DNA of 64,000 bases from a virus, in IMG/VR virus record IMGVR_UViG_3300025767_001290, positions 1 to 64,000 of that record, one strand, 5' to 3'. This document shows, piece after piece, positions 60,329 to 64,000 of this stretch. The translations under genes and the position numbers were made by a program. The notes beneath the pieces were generated by a model, which saw only the letters and a list, made by a program, of their open reading frames with translations, was not told where the DNA came from and searched no databases. The stretch's first letter is position 1. Every line of letters begins with the position of its first letter.

Positions 60329-63300
60329 TAGTAACTATAGCCTCCGCCTGATGAATTTGTCGTTGTTGTTGCACTTGTTATTCCTGTTGTTACAGAACTT
60401 ACGCTAGTAATAACATCGCCTGAGGCTTGTAATTCAGTAGCTGTAATTTCATCTATAATTTCAATATCAGTGACTTGAGCAGCACTTATAAAAATTTCGT
60501 CTAATTCAGATTTTATTTCAAATAAACTTCCAAAAGATTGTGAACCTTGTCGAGGAACAATGATCATACTAACTAGCTTAGGAGTTAGCGCATTCATTAT
60601 AAACGCACTTAGTTCTTGGAAGTAGAAAGTTTCACCAAAGTCCCAGTTATCGATTGCAAAAAATCTGTTAATTGCGTTAATTATATCAGCTTTTAATTCA
60701 TTTTCATTAACTACTAGATCTTTATTTCTTACAATTTTAAATTTTACTTGCAGATCTGATCGAGCTTTACTTCCAAATAGTATCTTATACTTAACTGGAT
60801 GATAAATTATTTCATCACTAATTGACTTAACTGCGTTGATGTCTGCACTATAGGCTCTAAATAGTTGATCGTTACTAGCCGGTAGCGGCTTGATTGACGT
60901 TGCGTTAGCTACATACTTACGCATATCGATATCATAATTTTTAGTTAACAAATACGTATCTATAATATTACTAGCACTTGGATCAATTCTATAATTTGAA
61001 TCTGCTACATGCACATAATGAAATTTTAAGTTAGCTCTACCAGTATACGCTTTATAATTAGAATTTAAAGTTGTATTTCCTAGTGCCTTGTTGAGTGTTT
61101 TAAATACCTGTTCTTCTAAAAGATAAAACACATCACCTTCAGTATGTAAACTATAAGCGCCTATTGCAGATTCATTTTGTCTAATTTTAATTTCGTTATC
61201 AGTATTTGCAAAGTATTTAAAATCTTGTACGCCATCTGATGTAGTATATCGCTTTTGAAATACTATCTTATCAGAATATTCAACGTTAGAGTTATTAGGG
61301 TCAACTAATACATCAAATAAATCTAAATCGTCTACTACGCCGTCGTCGTCTAGATCAAAAAATTGTACTTGTAGTTTTCTCGTATCTACATATCCTTCGC
61401 CGTCTCTATATGCATCACTAATGCTCCATGTAAAGTCTTTAGAATACGATATTGTATCTGCAGGAATAGTATTAATGCTTAATACGTCAATTTTATCACG
61501 TACTATTTTTCCAATTGAAGGGTCGTAAATTTTGTTAGCACTATCAAAGAAAAATCTAATTTCATCTTCGCTTTCAAAAATATAGCGTTGATTCCTGTTT
61601 GTTATTGTATATTTTTCGCCGTTTGTTTTAAACCATAATAACCAGCTTGCATCTAAATTTTCGCCGGTTGTGTCGCCGGTTTTTCCTAAAGAAAACTTGT
61701 TTACTGTATTAATATTTTCAGCAAGAATTAATTTCCACTCGCGGCTTTCAGTATCATATTGTAATGCAAAATCTTTATACGCAAACGATTGGTCAATGAT
61801 TTGTATTTTTAGATCATCTGATAGTGTGTTTGATATCTTAGGTTTAACTTCTACTAATAAGCTTCCTTCATTTATTACATCAGTTAATATAACATCACCA
61901 ATATTAGTAGGTCCAACAGTATCACCTTCGTTTGTAGTACTTACTACACTAGTCCACCTATATATTGAGGCGCCTTTTTTATTAGCATTAGTAGTAACAG
62001 TACCGTCTGGCAAATAGTACTGTTGCACTTGTAGTGAATTTTTAGGAGCAGTAAATTTAAGCATTGTTCCAGCTTCTACAAATCTTAAATTATTTGACGT
62101 AAACGGTCCAACCTTAGACGTATCTGTTGTATCAGCTTGTGCAGTAAACACTCCTGAATTTTTGTTTGTTTCTTGATAATAATTTTTCCATACTAAGCTC
62201 AAGTCACTTGTTAATATTTTTGGAAATTCACTGAAGTAAAAATTTCTAAGAGAAGTAGAAGATATAATACCGTTTATTATATTGTAAATAACTCCTTCGA
62301 TGTCGCTTTGTGTTGCAAATTTAAAGTCAGTTTTTGTCTCAAATGTTTCTTTATAAATTACACCATCATTAGCAAAAAGACTAGTATTTGAATACTTTCC
62401 ACTAGCATCTTTTAGGTCAAAATATCTACTGATACCACTTGAAATCCTGTTTGTACTTTTTGTTTTAATAATATCTTGGCTAATTGCTAATGGTCCAATA
62501 TTATAATCTTCACCTGTAATTAATCTGTTTTGTGTATAATATGTTGTTGGGGCATTTTGCTTGATGCTTGCATTTGACTCTGTCGGGGCGCCGTTTGAAA
62601 CTGTGTAGTTTAATCTTAATCCCAACGTTAATTTTTCTATTGTTCCGGTTCTACCTTGGTAAGGTATCTCAATATTAACGTTGCCTATTGAATTAGGAGA
62701 AACGACCATACTACTATTAGCACTAGTTCTATAATATACCTTAAAGTTTCCAGCAGGTAAATTACCAAATACGCCGTCACTAAACACTAAGTTTATTCTA
62801 TCTCCAATTCGAGTAACAACAGAAAATATATTTCGTATGCCTTCAAATAAACTATTATAGATTATATTATTGCCCTCAACAGTTGCAATTTTAGTCCACT
62901 GTGTTGTTTCAAACCCATTAGTATCAACATTATAAAGCCATACATCGTCATTGTTAATATTTTCAGAATCTACTGCAATTATTTGATTAGGTATAGGATT
63001 TGAAACACTAAACGGTCCTGACTCTAGCTTCCCTTGGCGGAAGTGCATAAAGAATCCTGTGTTATTACTGCCGGCGCCTTGTCCGTCATCTCTAAACAAA
63101 AATGCAGGACTTGTTCCAGGAAGGGGAGCTTCTTCTACAATTTTAGTACCTTGGATATCTGTGCTTACTACTTCAAATCGTGTACTAACTCCTTCGATAT
63201 TCTTTGAAAAAGGAAAAACTGCACTTCCGGTGTTAGTAGCGTTAAGTCTATATTTTTGTGTTTGTACGCCGTCAATATCTTGACTCTTTAAAGGATTACC

Positions 63301-63810
63301 TATCGAATTTTGTACAGGAAGTGCAGCATTAAGAACTTTAATAAATTGTTCAAAGTAGTTTGTATTAGTTTGGTCATTCCACTTAATAACTCTACCGGCA
63401 AGTTTTGCATTAGTACTATCTGTAATATTTTCAGTTGTTTTAACTGTTATAAGTTTTAGTAATCCGTTTGTTGCTTGATTACGTTTTGGGTTGTACGAAA
63501 GCATACGTGCTAGACGTAATACACTTTCTCTGCGCTCTGCTGTTTCAAGGAAGTTTTCACGAGCGTTTAGATCAATACGGAATGATAAGTTTTGCCCAAG
63601 GAAAGCAATCATATCAATCAGCGCAAGGTATTCACTTGATTCAATGTAATCGTTAAAATCTTCTGGATAGTTTTGACGCAAATAGTTAATCATTGTGCGT
63701 CTTAGATTATCAAAATCGTAGCTTTGGAAATCTGCGTTTCTAAAGCTTTGGTAAATTCTTTTCCAGTCTTCAGTTACTAATAACCTTGACTGCCTGTCAG
63801 ATGTAGACAT
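60328..63810 (-). CDS. Baseplate wedge subunit (T4 gp6-like)
   Basis: DFDNL...I.YL...DF.DY..SS...L.D..A..E.FL.TA..R.SV...A..L.Y.P; ES..SIK..AP..Y..QNR.IT..DY. Confidence 0.88.
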   Translation of the reverse strand: MSTSDRQSRLLVTEDWKRIYQSFRNADFQSYDFDNLRRTMINYLRQNYPEDFNDYIESSEYLALIDMIAFLGQNLSFRIDLNARENFLETAERRESVLRLARMLSYNPKRNQATNGLLKLITVKTTENITDSTNAKLAGRVIKWNDQTNTNYFEQFIKVLNAALPVQNSIGNPLKSQDIDGVQTQKYRLNATNTGSAVFPFSKNIEGVSTRFEVVSTDIQGTKIVEEAPLPGTSPAFLFRDDGQGAGSNNTGFFMHFRQGKLESGPFSVSNPIPNQIIAVDSENINNDDVWLYNVDTNGFETTQWTKIATVEGNNIIYNSLFEGIRNIFSVVTRIGDRINLVFSDGVFGNLPAGNFKVYYRTSANSSMVVSPNSIGNVNIEIPYQGRTGTIEKLTLGLRLNYTVSNGAPTESNASIKQNAPTTYYTQNRLITGEDYNIGPLAISQDIIKTKSTNRISSGISRYFDLKDASGKYSNTSLFANDGVIYKETFETKTDFKFATQSDIEGVIYNIINGIISSTSLRNFYFSEFPKILTSDLSLVWKNYYQETNKNSGVFTAQADTTDTSKVGPFTSNNLRFVEAGTMLKFTAPKNSLQVQQYYLPDGTVTTNANKKGASIYRWTSVVSTTNEGDTVGPTNIGDVILTDVINEGSLLVEVKPKISNTLSDDLKIQIIDQSFAYKDFALQYDTESREWKLILAENINTVNKFSLGKTGDTTGENLDASWLLWFKTNGEKYTITNRNQRYIFESEDEIRFFFDSANKIYDPSIGKIVRDKIDVLSINTIPADTISYSKDFTWSISDAYRDGEGYVDTRKLQVQFFDLDDDGVVDDLDLFDVLVDPNNSNVEYSDKIVFQKRYTTSDGVQDFKYFANTDNEIKIRQNESAIGAYSLHTEGDVFYLLEEQVFKTLNKALGNTTLNSNYKAYTGRANLKFHYVHVADSNYRIDPSASNIIDTYLLTKNYDIDMRKYVANATSIKPLPASNDQLFRAYSADINAVKSISDEIIYHPVKYKILFGSKARSDLQVKFKIVRNKDLVVNENELKADIINAINRFFAIDNWDFGETFYFQELSAFIMNALTPKLVSMIIVPRQGSQSFGSLFEIKSELDEIFISAAQVTDIEIIDEITATELQASGDVITSVSSVTTGITSATTTTNSSGGGYSY

Positions 63811-63835
63811 ATTTGCATTCCTTGTTTACTTAAAT

Positions 63836-63843
63836 GTATTTAT
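63836..63843 (-). promoter_or_regulatory. Late-promoter motif ATAAATAC
   Basis: Intergenic, 25 nt upstream of ATG 63810, with an AAGGA RBS between. Confidence 0.6.
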
Positions 63844-63868
63844 CTGATTTAAAAAAGTGCGTATTTAA

Positions 63869-64000
63869 TTATAGTAGGCCATTTTTTTGATCAAATGTAA
63901 ATTTAATTTGCTCAGAAATATTATAACGAATGTAAGAAACTGTGCAATCAATACTTATTCCTTGTTCATAAGTATCAACAACTATACTATCTGCTTGGAT
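63869..64000 (-). CDS. C-terminus of probable baseplate wedge subunit (gp25-like), partial
   Basis: Open frame from the window edge (IQADSIVVDTYEQGISIDCTVSYIRYNISEQIKFTFDQKNGLL*), directly upstream of the gp6-like gene. Confidence 0.55.
   Translation of the reverse strand: MQADSIVVDTYEQGISIDCTVSYIRYNISEQIKFTFDQKNGLL

Noticed and set aside
1-64000. Alternative genetic code, as in some jumbo phages
   Set aside because: Standard-code ORFs tile the window densely, including a 16-kb ORF; TAA, TAG and TGA all end genes
1-64000. CRISPR array, tRNA or structured ncRNA
   Set aside because: Intergenic gaps are short (at most about 160 nt) and show no spaced repeats or cloverleaf motifs

Overview
AT-rich, gene-dense window from a large (jumbo-type) T4-like myophage genome in the standard genetic code. 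No tRNA, rRNA, CRISPR array or mobile element was seen. Left end (1-3020): end of a VWA-domain gene, four hypothetical genes and a fibre-like virion gene. Centre (3120-27923): a ~25 kb island of 29 genes, mostly tailoring enzymes, in four alternating operons. It holds six radical SAM enzymes (one B12-binding, two with N-terminal twitch/SPASM) plus a stand-alone SPASM protein, five 2OG-Fe(II)-type oxygenases including TauD, a sulfotransferase, a DegT aminotransferase, a QueC-like ATPase, a nitroreductase, a carbamoyltransferase, a methyltransferase, a nucleotide-sugar dehydrogenase, an SGNH protein and several glycosyltransferase-like proteins. Right (27997-64000, minus strand): baseplate/tail module with a gp25-like fragment, gp6-like wedge, a 5349-aa baseplate protein and five fibre proteins in two paralogous families. 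T4-late-like (T/A/G)ATAAATA motifs precede virion genes and part of the island; strong sigma70 promoters drive other parts. Main hypothesis (inference): the island is a phage-encoded glycan/protein tailoring system that may decorate the adjacent Ser/Thr-rich fibres; DNA hypermodification or host-surface modification are the alternatives. All product calls come from motif recognition by eye, not database searches.
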